From assembly GCA_038121105.1 (NCBI GenBank), contig JAYONB010000001.1, positions 354,429-418,428 of the forward strand: DNA of 64,000 bases, in the 5' to 3' direction. How positions within the stretch are numbered: position 1 is the stretch's first letter; each line of letters starts with the position of its first letter. This DNA comes from Alphaproteobacteria bacterium. Its GTDB lineage: Bacteria; Pseudomonadota; Alphaproteobacteria; SHVP01. Both the position numbers and the translations under genes were made by a program. The notes below the pieces were generated by a model. The model had not been told where the DNA came from. It saw only the letters and a list, made by a program, of their open reading frames with translations, and searched no databases. Shown one piece after another: positions 1 through 9,155 of this stretch.

Positions 1-105
1 CGCAGGTCGTCGTATTCCGGTTGCACGATGGTGTTGGTCGAGGGGGTGACCACCCCGAATTTCATCCGTGTTGCGAGTCCGTCGCCCATCTCTTGCTCCC
101 TCCCC

Positions 106-489
106 TTAGGTCCACGTTTTTCTGGCCGGTGATTTGATCTCGATGAGGACACAGTCTTCCAGAGCTTCGCTCATGTGCCAAACGCCTTGTGGGTGGCGCC
201 ACACGTCGCCCGGTTCGCACATGAAGGTTTCGTCGCCGATATGCATGCGGAGCTTGCCCTCGAGCAACGTCGCCACCGATTCGTGGTCCTCGTGTACCTG
301 CCAGGGATCGGTGATGCCTTTCATCTTCCAGGCTTTGAACACCAGCATGTTGTCGGTGACCATCAGAACCTTGAGATAAAGCCCTTCGGGTTCTTTGACG
401 CTTTCGACGGACTCGATCTTGACGCGTTCGATGTCGGCGTCTGCGGTGAAAAGCGCCTCGGTCGGCGTCATTTGACGGTCTTCTGACAT
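106..489 (-). CDS. cupin domain protein (paralog of 49749..50138)
   Basis: Track ORF 106..576 trimmed to the ATG at 489, which follows a GGGGG SD-like run. The product MSEDRQMTPTEALF... is colinear with the cupin at 49749..50138, sharing HESVATL..GKL.MQIGDE.F..GPGDVWRHP.GV.H.SEALE.CV.IEIKSPARKTWT. Confidence 0.7.
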   Translation of the reverse strand: MSEDRQMTPTEALFTADADIERVKIESVESVKEPEGLYLKVLMVTDNMLVFKAWKMKGITDPWQVHEDHESVATLLEGKLRMHIGDETFMCEPGDVWRHPQGVWHMSEALEDCVLIEIKSPARKTWT

Positions 490-800
490 AGTGCCCCCTG
501 AGTTGATGCCGCTGGCTTGGGCCCATGGTAACCCGTGGCGCTTGTCCTGGCGGCTTATTTCGGGGAAGTGGCACAAGATGTTGCCCTCGGGCCGCGATCT
601 CGCCTAGACTTTGTGGGTCATTAACGAGCAAAAAGGAGGTGATCCATTGTCTAGCGAAATGTGTGGCGATATCCGCCAGTTCGGGACGACGGCGATGGGG
701 GAACCTTCGGCGTCGTAAGAGAATTGGATGAATCGTCCATGGGCGCTTAGCGCCTATTCTCGCGGGGGCGGTCCTAAGGGCCGCCCTTTCGCGTTTCGGG

Positions 801-1967
801 CTAGTAACTTTTGGGCAGCCCCAAGACGCGCTCGGCGATGTAGCACAGCAGGAGTTGCTGGCTGACCGGCGCGATGCGCGCGATCATGACTTCGCGCAGC
901 AATCGTTCGACGACGAATTCTTTGGCATAGCCGTACCCGCCATGGGTCAGGACGGCGCGCTCGCACGCGCGGTAGGCGACCTCGGCGGCGAGATATTTGG
1001 CGGCGTTGGCTTCGGCGCCGCAGGGCTGGCCGGCGTCGTAGAGTTGGGCTGCCTTGAGCATCAACAGATCGGCGGCTTCCAGTTCGGCCCAACTTTCGGC
1101 AAGCGGATGCTGGATGGCTTGGTTCTGGCCGATGGCGCGCCCGAAGACGATGCGTTCGCCCGCATACTTGGCCGCACGTTGGATGGCGTAGCGGGCAATG
1201 CCGATGGCCTCGGCGGCGACCAAAATGCGTTCGGGGTTGAGGCCATGCAGGAGGTAGCGAAAGCCCTCACCTTCTTCTCCGATCCGATCTTCGACCGGAA
1301 CCGGAAGACCATCGATGAACACCTCGTTGGAATCGACCGCCTTGCGGCCCATCTTGTCGATCTCGCGGACGGTGACGTAGTCGCGGTCCAGCGCGGTGTA
1401 AAACAACGAGAGGCCGTCGGTCGACTTGGCAACCTCTTCGCGCGGTGTTGTGCGGGCGAGCAGCAGCATGTGCGAGGCCGACTGCGCATTCGTCGTCCAT
1501 ACTTTGCGGCCATTCACGATGTAGGTCTTGCCGTCGCGCAGGGCTTTGGTCTTCAGGCTGCCGGTGTCGAGCCCGGCATCGGGTTCGGTGACGCCGAAAC
1601 AGGCGCGGTCGGTGCCGTCGATGATGGGCGGCAACATGCGGGCGCGTTGATCGTCTGTGCCGAAGACCGCGACCGGGTTGAGCCCAAAGATGTTGAGGTG
1701 AATGGACGAGGCCGCCGCAAAAGCGCCGGGGCCGCCGGCCACGGCTTGCATCATCAGGGCCGCCTCGGTGATGCCGAGACCGGCGCCGCCCTGGGCTTCG
1801 GGCATCGCGATGCCGAGCCATCCGTCGGCGGCCATGGCGTCGGCGAATTCCGCCGGGAAGCCGCCTTCGCGATCGCGGGCGAGCCAGTAGGTCTCGTCGA
1901 AGCAGGCCGCGATGCGTGCGACGGCCTCTTGCAGTGCGCGTTGATCGTCGCTGAGGAGGAAGTCCAT
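801..1967 (-). CDS. acyl-CoA dehydrogenase family protein
   Basis: 388 aa. Acyl-CoA dehydrogenase-like motifs (GVTEPDAGLDTGSLKTKA, YAGERIVFGRAIGQNQAIQHPLAE). Last gene of a minus-strand operon. Confidence 0.9.
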   Translation of the reverse strand: MDFLLSDDQRALQEAVARIAACFDETYWLARDREGGFPAEFADAMAADGWLGIAMPEAQGGAGLGITEAALMMQAVAGGPGAFAAASSIHLNIFGLNPVAVFGTDDQRARMLPPIIDGTDRACFGVTEPDAGLDTGSLKTKALRDGKTYIVNGRKVWTTNAQSASHMLLLARTTPREEVAKSTDGLSLFYTALDRDYVTVREIDKMGRKAVDSNEVFIDGLPVPVEDRIGEEGEGFRYLLHGLNPERILVAAEAIGIARYAIQRAAKYAGERIVFGRAIGQNQAIQHPLAESWAELEAADLLMLKAAQLYDAGQPCGAEANAAKYLAAEVAYRACERAVLTHGGYGYAKEFVVERLLREVMIARIAPVSQQLLLCYIAERVLGLPKSY

Positions 1968-1982
1968 GCGTGGTTCCAGCGC

Positions 1983-2915
1983 CTAGCGGCGTTTCGCTTT
2001 TTTGCGCACGGCTTTCTGGGTGGATTTGCGTTTGGGTGTCGTGCGCGCTTTGGTCGTCGCGGTCTTGACCGTCTTACGTTTGGTCGCCTTGGCTTTTTTC
2101 TTAGCGACCTTCTTTTTGGTCGTTTTCTTGGGTTTGCCTTTGGCGGCTTCGCGCTTTTCGTAGTTGGCGGCGGCACGCAGCATGGCGTGAATCATCCCCG
2201 ACTTTTCGACCATCGGTGCCGGGAAGGCTTGGCGGGAATGGGTATGGCCCAGGGCCAACATGGTTTCGACCATCTTGTAGGTCAGCGGACCGGGGTTCAC
2301 GACCGGGACCGGCAGGTTTTCGTTCAACCAAGTGCCGGCCTGATGCATCGTGGTGGAGCCCAGCAAGATGACATCGGCGCCCTTGGCAATCGCGCGCTCG
2401 GCGGCGGCCTTCATCAAGGGGAACATGTCTTCTTCTTTGCCGGTCATCAGTTTGGAGACGTCGGTCTTGCCGCCGCCGATCGGCTCGGCGGCGGCCATGA
2501 ACTGCGACAAGTTGCGCTGTTCGGCCCATTGCCAATGGTTGAAACACCCGGCTTCGTTCATCGCGAGAATCCCGAAGCGCGACCCCAGCATGAGGGCGTA
2601 GAGCATGGCCGTGCGGCCCGGCGCGACGACCGGGATATCGAGCACGCTGCGTAAGGCGCCGGCGGCCGAGTCGGATGTCGCGTCGATGACGACGGCGTCG
2701 TAACCCTCTTCTTGCGCCGTGAGGCCGGCTTCGAAGCAGCCGGCGTCCATCAAGAACCAATCGTGGTCGCTCATGAAGCTGGTGCAGCTCGCGCGCACCG
2801 GGCGGAAATCGAAATCGATGTCGGGGCCGAGCTTGACCGACTTGAGTTGCAGTTTGCGGTTGGCCACCCCTTCGTCGTCGAGGGGGAACGGCACGATCAC
2901 CAATCCTTTTGGCAT
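1983..2915 (-). CDS. Asp/Glu/hydantoin racemase superfamily protein (arylmalonate decarboxylase / maleate isomerase-like) with a Lys/Ala/Thr-rich C-terminal tail
   Basis: Track ORF 1983..2978 trimmed to the ATG at 2915, which follows AAAGGA. Core MPKGLVIVPFPLDDEGV...GSTTMHQAG fits the PF01177-type fold. The C-terminal ~60 aa are KGKPKKTTKKKVAKKKAKATKRKTVKTATTKARTTPKRKSTQKAVRKKAKRR. Confidence 0.75.
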   Translation of the reverse strand: MPKGLVIVPFPLDDEGVANRKLQLKSVKLGPDIDFDFRPVRASCTSFMSDHDWFLMDAGCFEAGLTAQEEGYDAVVIDATSDSAAGALRSVLDIPVVAPGRTAMLYALMLGSRFGILAMNEAGCFNHWQWAEQRNLSQFMAAAEPIGGGKTDVSKLMTGKEEDMFPLMKAAAERAIAKGADVILLGSTTMHQAGTWLNENLPVPVVNPGPLTYKMVETMLALGHTHSRQAFPAPMVEKSGMIHAMLRAAANYEKREAAKGKPKKTTKKKVAKKKAKATKRKTVKTATTKARTTPKRKSTQKAVRKKAKRR

Positions 2916-2949
2916 GGGGTTTCCTTTTGAACGCGCAGACGCGTCGAGA

Positions 2950-3942
2950 TTAGTCGAACAGATGAGCTTCTTCGACATGGCGGCGCACCGATTGCGCGAA
3001 CCAGTCGAAATGTTGCGGGCCGAATGACATGTGGCCGACGTAGTTAACCCCGTCGGACATGCCGCACATATAGCTGAACTCCTTGGAACACATGAAGAGC
3101 GGCAGGCAAGACCGTTCGAAGTCTTCGATCGGGCGGACTTCTTCGTAGCCCTGCATGAATGCGTTCGTCAGCGCCGGGGTCATACGCGTGTCGCCCTTGG
3201 ACAAGAAATAGCTATTGGCCCACGCAAGGCTGATGCAGTCATGGATGATGTGCGCCTCGCCACAGGTGTCGAAATCCAAAATCGTGAAGTCGCCGTTCGG
3301 CGTAACGAACACATTCTTGACATGAACATCGCCGTGCAGCGGCCCGTAGGGCACACCGGCGGCGTAGGCCGCTTCGAGTTTGTCCGGCAAGACCGCGGCG
3401 ACGCGCTGGTAGAACGCCAGGTCCTCGGGGCGTTCATCGAGGCGCGCTGCGAGGTGCGGAAACTTGCGGCGGATTTCGCCCGGGAAATCGATGGGACGGG
3501 CGGTCTTGCCCTTAAAATCGGCGCCGGCGAGGTGAACCTGGGCGACGGCGCCGCCGATACGACGGGCCAGCGGTTCGCTGGGGTCGGCGTAAAACTGATC
3601 CCCCTCGGCCCATTCGAACAGGCATACACGGCGGCTCCCCTCCGGCGCATCGATGCCAAAGGAAAGATCACCCGCTTTGTCGGGGATCGCGGCGATAACG
3701 GGGACGCCCTTGTTCTTGAGGTGGGCGAGGTAGTCGAGCTCCCAGGTGACGTTGTCGGCGGTGTGCTTGTCGGCCCGCCAGACGCGGGCGGCGAAGCTGT
3801 CGGCGCCCGATTTGACGAGGTAGACGTCATTCATGCCGCGCGTGATGAGTTCGCAGCGGAACGGCGTCGGTAAATCCCAGCGCGTCCGGATCTCTTCGCC
3901 GAGCGCTTCGTTGTCGACCACCGAGTGGCGAATTGGAAACAT
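2950..3942 (-). CDS. phosphotransferase (APH/choline-kinase-like) family protein, paralog 1
   Basis: 330 aa. ATG at 3942 follows GGAGG. Brenner/APH-like motifs HGDVHVKNVF and ILDFDTCG. Colinear with the ORFs at 25001..25990 and 29041..30030. Confidence 0.85.
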   Translation of the reverse strand: MFPIRHSVVDNEALGEEIRTRWDLPTPFRCELITRGMNDVYLVKSGADSFAARVWRADKHTADNVTWELDYLAHLKNKGVPVIAAIPDKAGDLSFGIDAPEGSRRVCLFEWAEGDQFYADPSEPLARRIGGAVAQVHLAGADFKGKTARPIDFPGEIRRKFPHLAARLDERPEDLAFYQRVAAVLPDKLEAAYAAGVPYGPLHGDVHVKNVFVTPNGDFTILDFDTCGEAHIIHDCISLAWANSYFLSKGDTRMTPALTNAFMQGYEEVRPIEDFERSCLPLFMCSKEFSYMCGMSDGVNYVGHMSFGPQHFDWFAQSVRRHVEEAHLFD

Positions 3943-4004
3943 GATTCCTCCCCGTCTTTTGACCCATCTTACCCCGTTCGGTGACGAACCCTAGAGGGCG
4001 GGCT

Positions 4005-4343
4005 TTAGGGGATGTCGGCGGGGAATACGTGGACGCCGCCAGGACCGAGCGGCAGATCGTGGGTAGCGACCACCGCGGCGACCGGCAAAGCCCCGTAGAG
4101 ATGCGGAAACAGCGCGCCACCGCGCGAAGGTTCCCACTTCAACGCATCGCCTAACGCCTCGGGGTCGACCACGAGGAGGACGAGGCCGTCTTGCCCGGCG
4201 CGGTGGCGCGCCACGCTTTCGCGCAATTGTTCGGCGGCGGAAAAATGGATGAAGCCGTCGCGGGTATCATCGGCCGATCCTGTGTAGCGACCGACCGCGT
4301 TGGCGGCGTGCCAATCGGCGGCTTTGCAAACGTGGTAAATCAC
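4005..4343 (-). CDS. DUF952 family protein
   Basis: Track ORF 4005..4391 trimmed to the GTG at 4343, which follows GAGGGA. The product VIYHVCKAADW...GFIHFSAAEQL...LVLLVVD matches the conserved alphaproteobacterial DUF952 pattern. TAA stop. Confidence 0.65.
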   Translation of the reverse strand: MIYHVCKAADWHAANAVGRYTGSADDTRDGFIHFSAAEQLRESVARHRAGQDGLVLLVVDPEALGDALKWEPSRGGALFPHLYGALPVAAVVATHDLPLGPGGVHVFPADIP

Positions 4344-4502
4344 GAAACACGCTCTCCCTCTATACCGCGCAGGCGGCAACGCCTCACACACTAGGGAACG
4401 CCTCGCCGTTGTCGATGAATTCTTTGAGAGCGTCGAACGGCGACACCCTAGACCGGCACTTTTTCGATCAAGCTCGCACGATCATCCGCGACGGAGGTTC
4501 CG

Positions 4503-5210
4503 ATGGCCCATCATGACGTTGTTCAAACCGAGGATTGGCTAAACGCGCGCAAGGTTCTGCTGCAGAAAGAAAAGGAATTCACCCGCGCACGCGATGCCCT
4601 GAGCGCCGCGCGGCGCGCCCTACCGTGGCGCCAAGTGGACAAGGATTACGTTTTCGACGGTCCCGACGGCAAATAACGTCTGGCGGCGTTGTTCGACGGG
4701 CGCAGCCAATTGCTGATCTATCATTTCATGTTCGATCCGACATGGGACGAGGGCTGCAAGAGCTGTTCGTTCATTGCCGATCACTACAACCCGGCCGTCG
4801 TGCATCTGGCGCAACGCGACGTGACGCTGGTGACGGTGTCCAAGGCGCCCTTGGAAAAGCTACAGGCCTTTCGGGATCGCATGGGTTGGTCGTTCAAATG
4901 GGTGTCGTCGTTCGAGAACGACTTCAACCGCGACTTCGGCGTGTCGTTCAGCCAAGAGGAGGTCGACGGGGGCAAGGCGCATTACAACTATGCAGACCGA
5001 GGCTTTCCGACTACCGAGGCACCGGGCTTGAGCGTTTTCGTCAAGGACGATGGCGGGCAGGTGTTCCATACCTATTCAAGCTATGGCCGTGGGCTCGATA
5101 TGTTTCTGACGGCCTATCACTATCTCGACGTCGTGCCGAAGGGACGCGACGAGGATGCCCTGCCCTATTCCATGGGTTGGGTTCGGCTGCACGATGCCTA
5201 CGGCACCTGA
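4503..5210 (+). pseudogene. DUF899 thioredoxin-like protein gene interrupted by a single in-frame TAA (4675..4677)
   Basis: ATG at 4503 gives MAHHDVVQTEDWLNARKVLLQKEKEFTRARDALSAARRALPWRQVDKDYVFDGPDGK, then TAA, then the same frame continues RLAALFDGRSQLLIYHFMF... (track ORF 4689..5210). The combined 235 aa match the DUF899 layout (EW...AR..LL..EKE.TR..D....R..LPW......Y.F....G...L..LF.GRSQL..YHFMF) with no frameshift. Confidence 0.6.
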
Positions 5211-5224
5211 GGCCGCCGCCGCCG

Positions 5225-7060
5225 CTAGGCGTAGAGCGCGGCGATTTCGTTTTCGTAGGCTTGGGTGATTTTGGCGCGGCGAATTTTCATGGTGGCGGTG
5301 ACCTCGCCGTCGTCATGGTCGAGTTCTTTGGTCAGCAGGTGGAACTTTTTGATCTGCTCGACGCTGGCGAGACGTTGGTTTTCGCGATCGACCTCGCGCT
5401 GGATCAACTCGCCCACGGCCGGATGTTCTACGAGCGCCCGAAACGTGGTGTAGGCAAGACCTTTGCCATCGGCCCAGTTGGCCACCATGTCGAAATCGAT
5501 CTGAATAAGAGCGGTGACGAAACGCCGACCGTCGGCCACGACGATGCATTCTTTGATGTAGGGGCTCGCCTTCATGGTGTTTTCGATCAGGCTGGGAGTG
5601 AGATTTTTACCGCCGGCGGTGATCGCAACATCCTTTTTTCGATCGATAATCGAGACCGAGCCGTCGGGAAACATCTCGGCGATATCGCCCGTGTGAAGCC
5701 AACCGTCTTGTAAGGCCTCTTTCGTAGCTTCTTCGTTGCGGTAGTAGCCCGCAAATACGCAGCCGCCGCGAATGAGCAGTTCGCCGTCGTCCGCGGTTTT
5801 CATGTCGATGCCGTCAAGCGGCGCGCCGATGCGACCCTCGAGCTTTTGCTCGCGCCGTTGGATGGCGCACGCACCCGCCGTCTCGGTCATCCCGAATCCC
5901 TCCATCAGCGGCACGCCGAGGCCGCGGAAGAATTTGAGGGTTTCGATCGCGACCGGGGCTGCGCCCGAGACCGCAATCTTGCAGCGCGTGAGGCCGAGCG
6001 CATTGCGCAACGGGCGGTAGGCCAGCGGTTCCCAAAGCGCGCGGCGCAAACGGTCGCTTAGGCTGTAATCGGTTTTCCACGGTTCGTCGAAACGGTGGGC
6101 GTCTCGCAAGGCGAGCCCCAGAACCAGCCGTTGGAGGGGTCCGGCAGTGCGCGCGCGGATCAATACTTCGGCGCGCATTTTCTCCCAGATGCGGGGCACG
6201 CCGAGGAAAATCGTCGGCGCGATTTCGCGCAAGTCCGACTGCACGGTGCGTAGGCTTTCGCCGAAGCTCACGGCGTAGCCAGCGTTCATCGCGAGAAAGA
6301 CCGAAAACAGCTGCTCGGCGACGTGGCAAAGCGGCAAATAGGAGACGGTAGAATCGTTGTCGGTTTGGCCGATATTCCGTGCCGAGGCCTCGCCCACGAA
6401 GGCGATGTTGCGGAACGTAATCAGCGCGGCCTTAGGCAAGCCGGTCGAGCCCGAGGTGCCGACGATGAGCGCCACGTCGTCGGGATCATGCGCGTGTAGC
6501 GCCCGGTCGAGGAATTCGGGATCATGCCGCGCAGCCTCGGCGCCGCGCGACATGACGTCGGCGTAGGCGATGAGATCGTCGTCGTCGTACCCGGCGAGCC
6601 CCTTGCTCTCGATAAAGATGATGTGGCGAAGGTTGGGTAGCCGGTCCTTGATCTCGAGCACCTTGTCGACTTGTTCTTGGTCCTCGCAGATCACCGCCTT
6701 GGCCTCGACGAGATCGAGGACGTGCAGGATTTCCGGTGCTGGGGACGTTGGATAGACGCCCGCGGTCACCACGCCCGCCATGTGCATGCCCAACTCTGAA
6801 ATCAGCCATTCCTGTCGGTTCTCCGACAGCACCGCGATGTGATCGCCGCGCTGATAGCCCAACGCCACCAAACCTTGGGCAAAATGACCGACGGCGCGTT
6901 CGTAGTCCGCCCAAGTAAGTTCGTTCCAAATGCCGAAACGCTTTTGGCGCAAGGCCGGGGTGTCGGGGCGGTTGCGCGCATGGGCGCGCAGCAAGCGCGG
7001 CAAGGTGCGCACCTCCGGCGCGATTTCGGCGTCGATGTCGATTTGTTCGGCGATGGCCAT
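5225..7060 (-). CDS. long-chain-fatty-acid--CoA ligase (AMP-dependent synthetase/ligase)
   Basis: 611 aa. AMP-binding motif LIVGTSGSTGLPKAA, then GYGMTE-like and C-terminal ligase motifs. Directly downstream of the Liv-type ABC transporter genes on the same strand. Confidence 0.9.
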   Translation of the reverse strand: MAIAEQIDIDAEIAPEVRTLPRLLRAHARNRPDTPALRQKRFGIWNELTWADYERAVGHFAQGLVALGYQRGDHIAVLSENRQEWLISELGMHMAGVVTAGVYPTSPAPEILHVLDLVEAKAVICEDQEQVDKVLEIKDRLPNLRHIIFIESKGLAGYDDDDLIAYADVMSRGAEAARHDPEFLDRALHAHDPDDVALIVGTSGSTGLPKAALITFRNIAFVGEASARNIGQTDNDSTVSYLPLCHVAEQLFSVFLAMNAGYAVSFGESLRTVQSDLREIAPTIFLGVPRIWEKMRAEVLIRARTAGPLQRLVLGLALRDAHRFDEPWKTDYSLSDRLRRALWEPLAYRPLRNALGLTRCKIAVSGAAPVAIETLKFFRGLGVPLMEGFGMTETAGACAIQRREQKLEGRIGAPLDGIDMKTADDGELLIRGGCVFAGYYRNEEATKEALQDGWLHTGDIAEMFPDGSVSIIDRKKDVAITAGGKNLTPSLIENTMKASPYIKECIVVADGRRFVTALIQIDFDMVANWADGKGLAYTTFRALVEHPAVGELIQREVDRENQRLASVEQIKKFHLLTKELDHDDGEVTATMKIRRAKITQAYENEIAALYA

Positions 7061-7070
7061 TGTTCTTGCC

Positions 7071-7867
7071 CTAGCTCAGCCAGCGCTTGCGGCGCTTGTA
7101 GTGTTTGACGTCGCGAAAGGACTTGGTTTCTGCCCCACCGATGCCGAGGTAGAACTCGCGCACGTCGTCGTCGTTGCGCAGCTTGTCGACATCGCCTTCG
7201 ATCACCACCCGACCGTTCTCCAGGATATAGCCGTAGTGGGCATGCGAAAACGCGACGTTGGCGTTTTGCTCGACCAGCAATATCGTGGCGCCGCGTTCTT
7301 CGTTGATGCGCGAGATGGTGTCGAAGATTTCGAGTACCAGTTTGGGCGCAAGGCCGAGCGAGGGTTCGTCAAGCAGCACGATCTCGGGCTTGCCGATTAG
7401 CGCGCGTCCGAGCGCCAGCATTTGCTGTTCGCCGCCGGACAAATAGCCTGCGAGCTGGGTGCGACGTTCCTTGAGGCGGGGGAATAAATCGTAGATGTCG
7501 TCGAAATCGGCATGTGCGTTTTTGCGCCCGGTCAGGGCATAGGACGCAGCGACCAAGTTGTCCTGCACGGTAAGGTCGGCAAAGATTCGTCGCCCTTCGC
7601 GCACGTGCCCCATCCCGCGCCGCACCAAGGTGTGGGGCTCGTCGCGCAACACCGAACGGCCCCCGAAAGTGATATCGCCGTCGGTGACCTCGCCATTTTC
7701 GAGCGGCAACAATCCGGAGATCGCTTTCAACGCCGTGGTCTTGCCGGCACCGTTCGAGCCGAGCAGCGCGACGACCTTGCCTTCGGGCACGTCGAAGGAC
7801 AGGCCGCGCAGCGCCTGCACCACGCGATGGTAGTAGACCTCGATATTATTGACGCTCAGCACGCGTC
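7071..7867 (-). CDS. branched-chain amino acid-type ABC transporter ATP-binding protein (LivF-like)
   Basis: Track ORF 7071..7997 trimmed to the GTG at 7867, which follows AGAGGGA. Walker A GSNGAGKTT, signature LSGGEQQ, Walker B LLLDEP. Short basic C-terminal extension. Confidence 0.8.
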
Positions 7868-7914
7868 CCTCTTGGGTAACGGCGGCGGCGCCGGCGCCGC
7901 CGCACGTCCCACTG

Positions 7915-9120
7915 TTAGGTGACGATCCAGTCGGAGATCGGCAGGAACAGTTTGTTCTCTGCCCCATAGGCATAGACACGTCCCTGCGGCACCGCATGGT
8001 TCACGACCGTGACGGGTTGGCCCATGTAGCCACCGGAGTCCCAATCTTTGATCGCCGATAATGCAGCGACGAGATTGTCGGCATTGACTTCTTTGTCGGC
8101 GTTGACCGTCGCTTCTATCGCGTTCTTGGCCAGTTCGTGGCTGAACATCGGTTGCAGCGACCAGGTCACGACATACCCCGGGAACTTGTCGCCGTACTTT
8201 TGCTTTTTGAAGGCAAAGAACTTGGAGTAGGACGCGGAGTCCTTTGCTTCGTAGAAGTAGCGATACGGCAACACGCCAGCGTAGCCGTCGAGGATCGGGC
8301 CAGCCTTCGCCGTCACACCGTCGGCAATGACCTTTTCCATACCCCAAAACGTGCCGAGGAACTTGGTGTCCATCTTGAAGGCGCGCGCGGTGCCGATGAT
8401 CTCGGGCCACACGCCTGTGACGTAGCCGTGCAAGATGACGAAATCCGGGTCGGCACGTCGTAGTTGGGCGACGTGCGTTTGCACCTCCGCACCGGCCGGT
8501 TTGGTGATTTCCTCGTGCACGACTTTGAGACCGAGCGCGGCGGCCGACTTGCGGCCATGTTCGATCGGGTCGCGCCCGAATTCGGTATCAGAATAGACGA
8601 ACGCGACCGTACTGCCGCCGTTGTCTTTCACGTGCTTGAGGAGAATGTCGAACATCGAATTGTAAGTCGGCCCGGCGATGTACTGGTACGGGTGGGTCGA
8701 CGGGTCGGCGAGTTCGGACGCGAAGGATGTGCCGCCGCAGAGGACGGGCGTGCGCGTCAGCTCCGGCGTAACGAGTTTCATGAAGCCGGTCGAGTCGCCG
8801 TTGTAGTAGATCGGACGCTCGTCCGCCGACATCGCCTTTTTGAAATTGGCGAGCGAGTTCGCCGGGTTGTAACCGGAATCTTCATGGACGATTTCGACCG
8901 GTCGACCGGCGATGCCGCCCATGTCGTTGGTCATCTCCGCCCAATCGAGCAGATCCTTGAGGGCAGTGGTGCCGGCTTGGGCGAAAGGCCCAGTCAGCGG
9001 CGAGGAACCGGCGAAGACCCACTTATTGGATTGCGCCCGTACGATCGAGGGCATGCCCATGACGGACGTCGCGGCGACGGCCGCTGTCCCTTTCAGAACC
9101 TTTCTGCGATCCACTTTCAT
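7915..9120 (-). CDS. ABC transporter substrate-binding protein (LivK/Leu-Ile-Val-binding family), Tat-type signal
   Basis: 401 aa. N-terminus MKVDRRKVLKGTAAVAATSVMGMPSIVRAQ has a twin-arginine signal. Periplasmic binding protein type I fold pattern. Confidence 0.85.
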   Translation of the reverse strand: MKVDRRKVLKGTAAVAATSVMGMPSIVRAQSNKWVFAGSSPLTGPFAQAGTTALKDLLDWAEMTNDMGGIAGRPVEIVHEDSGYNPANSLANFKKAMSADERPIYYNGDSTGFMKLVTPELTRTPVLCGGTSFASELADPSTHPYQYIAGPTYNSMFDILLKHVKDNGGSTVAFVYSDTEFGRDPIEHGRKSAAALGLKVVHEEITKPAGAEVQTHVAQLRRADPDFVILHGYVTGVWPEIIGTARAFKMDTKFLGTFWGMEKVIADGVTAKAGPILDGYAGVLPYRYFYEAKDSASYSKFFAFKKQKYGDKFPGYVVTWSLQPMFSHELAKNAIEATVNADKEVNADNLVAALSAIKDWDSGGYMGQPVTVVNHAVPQGRVYAYGAENKLFLPISDWIVT

Positions 9121-9155
9121 TGTGCTTCTCCCTATCTATTTCGTTGATGAACTGG

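Noticed and set aside
855-2654. 599-aa plus-strand ORF overlapping the acyl-CoA dehydrogenase and racemase genes
   Set aside because: It is antisense to two genes with clear conserved domains. High-GC genomes produce long spurious antisense frames, and the product is a low-complexity G/A/R-rich sequence with no recognisable motif.
4535-5713. 392-aa plus-strand ORF spanning the DUF899 gene (other frame) and antisense to fadD
   Set aside because: The DUF899 frame and the fadD frame both carry strong family signatures. This frame does not.
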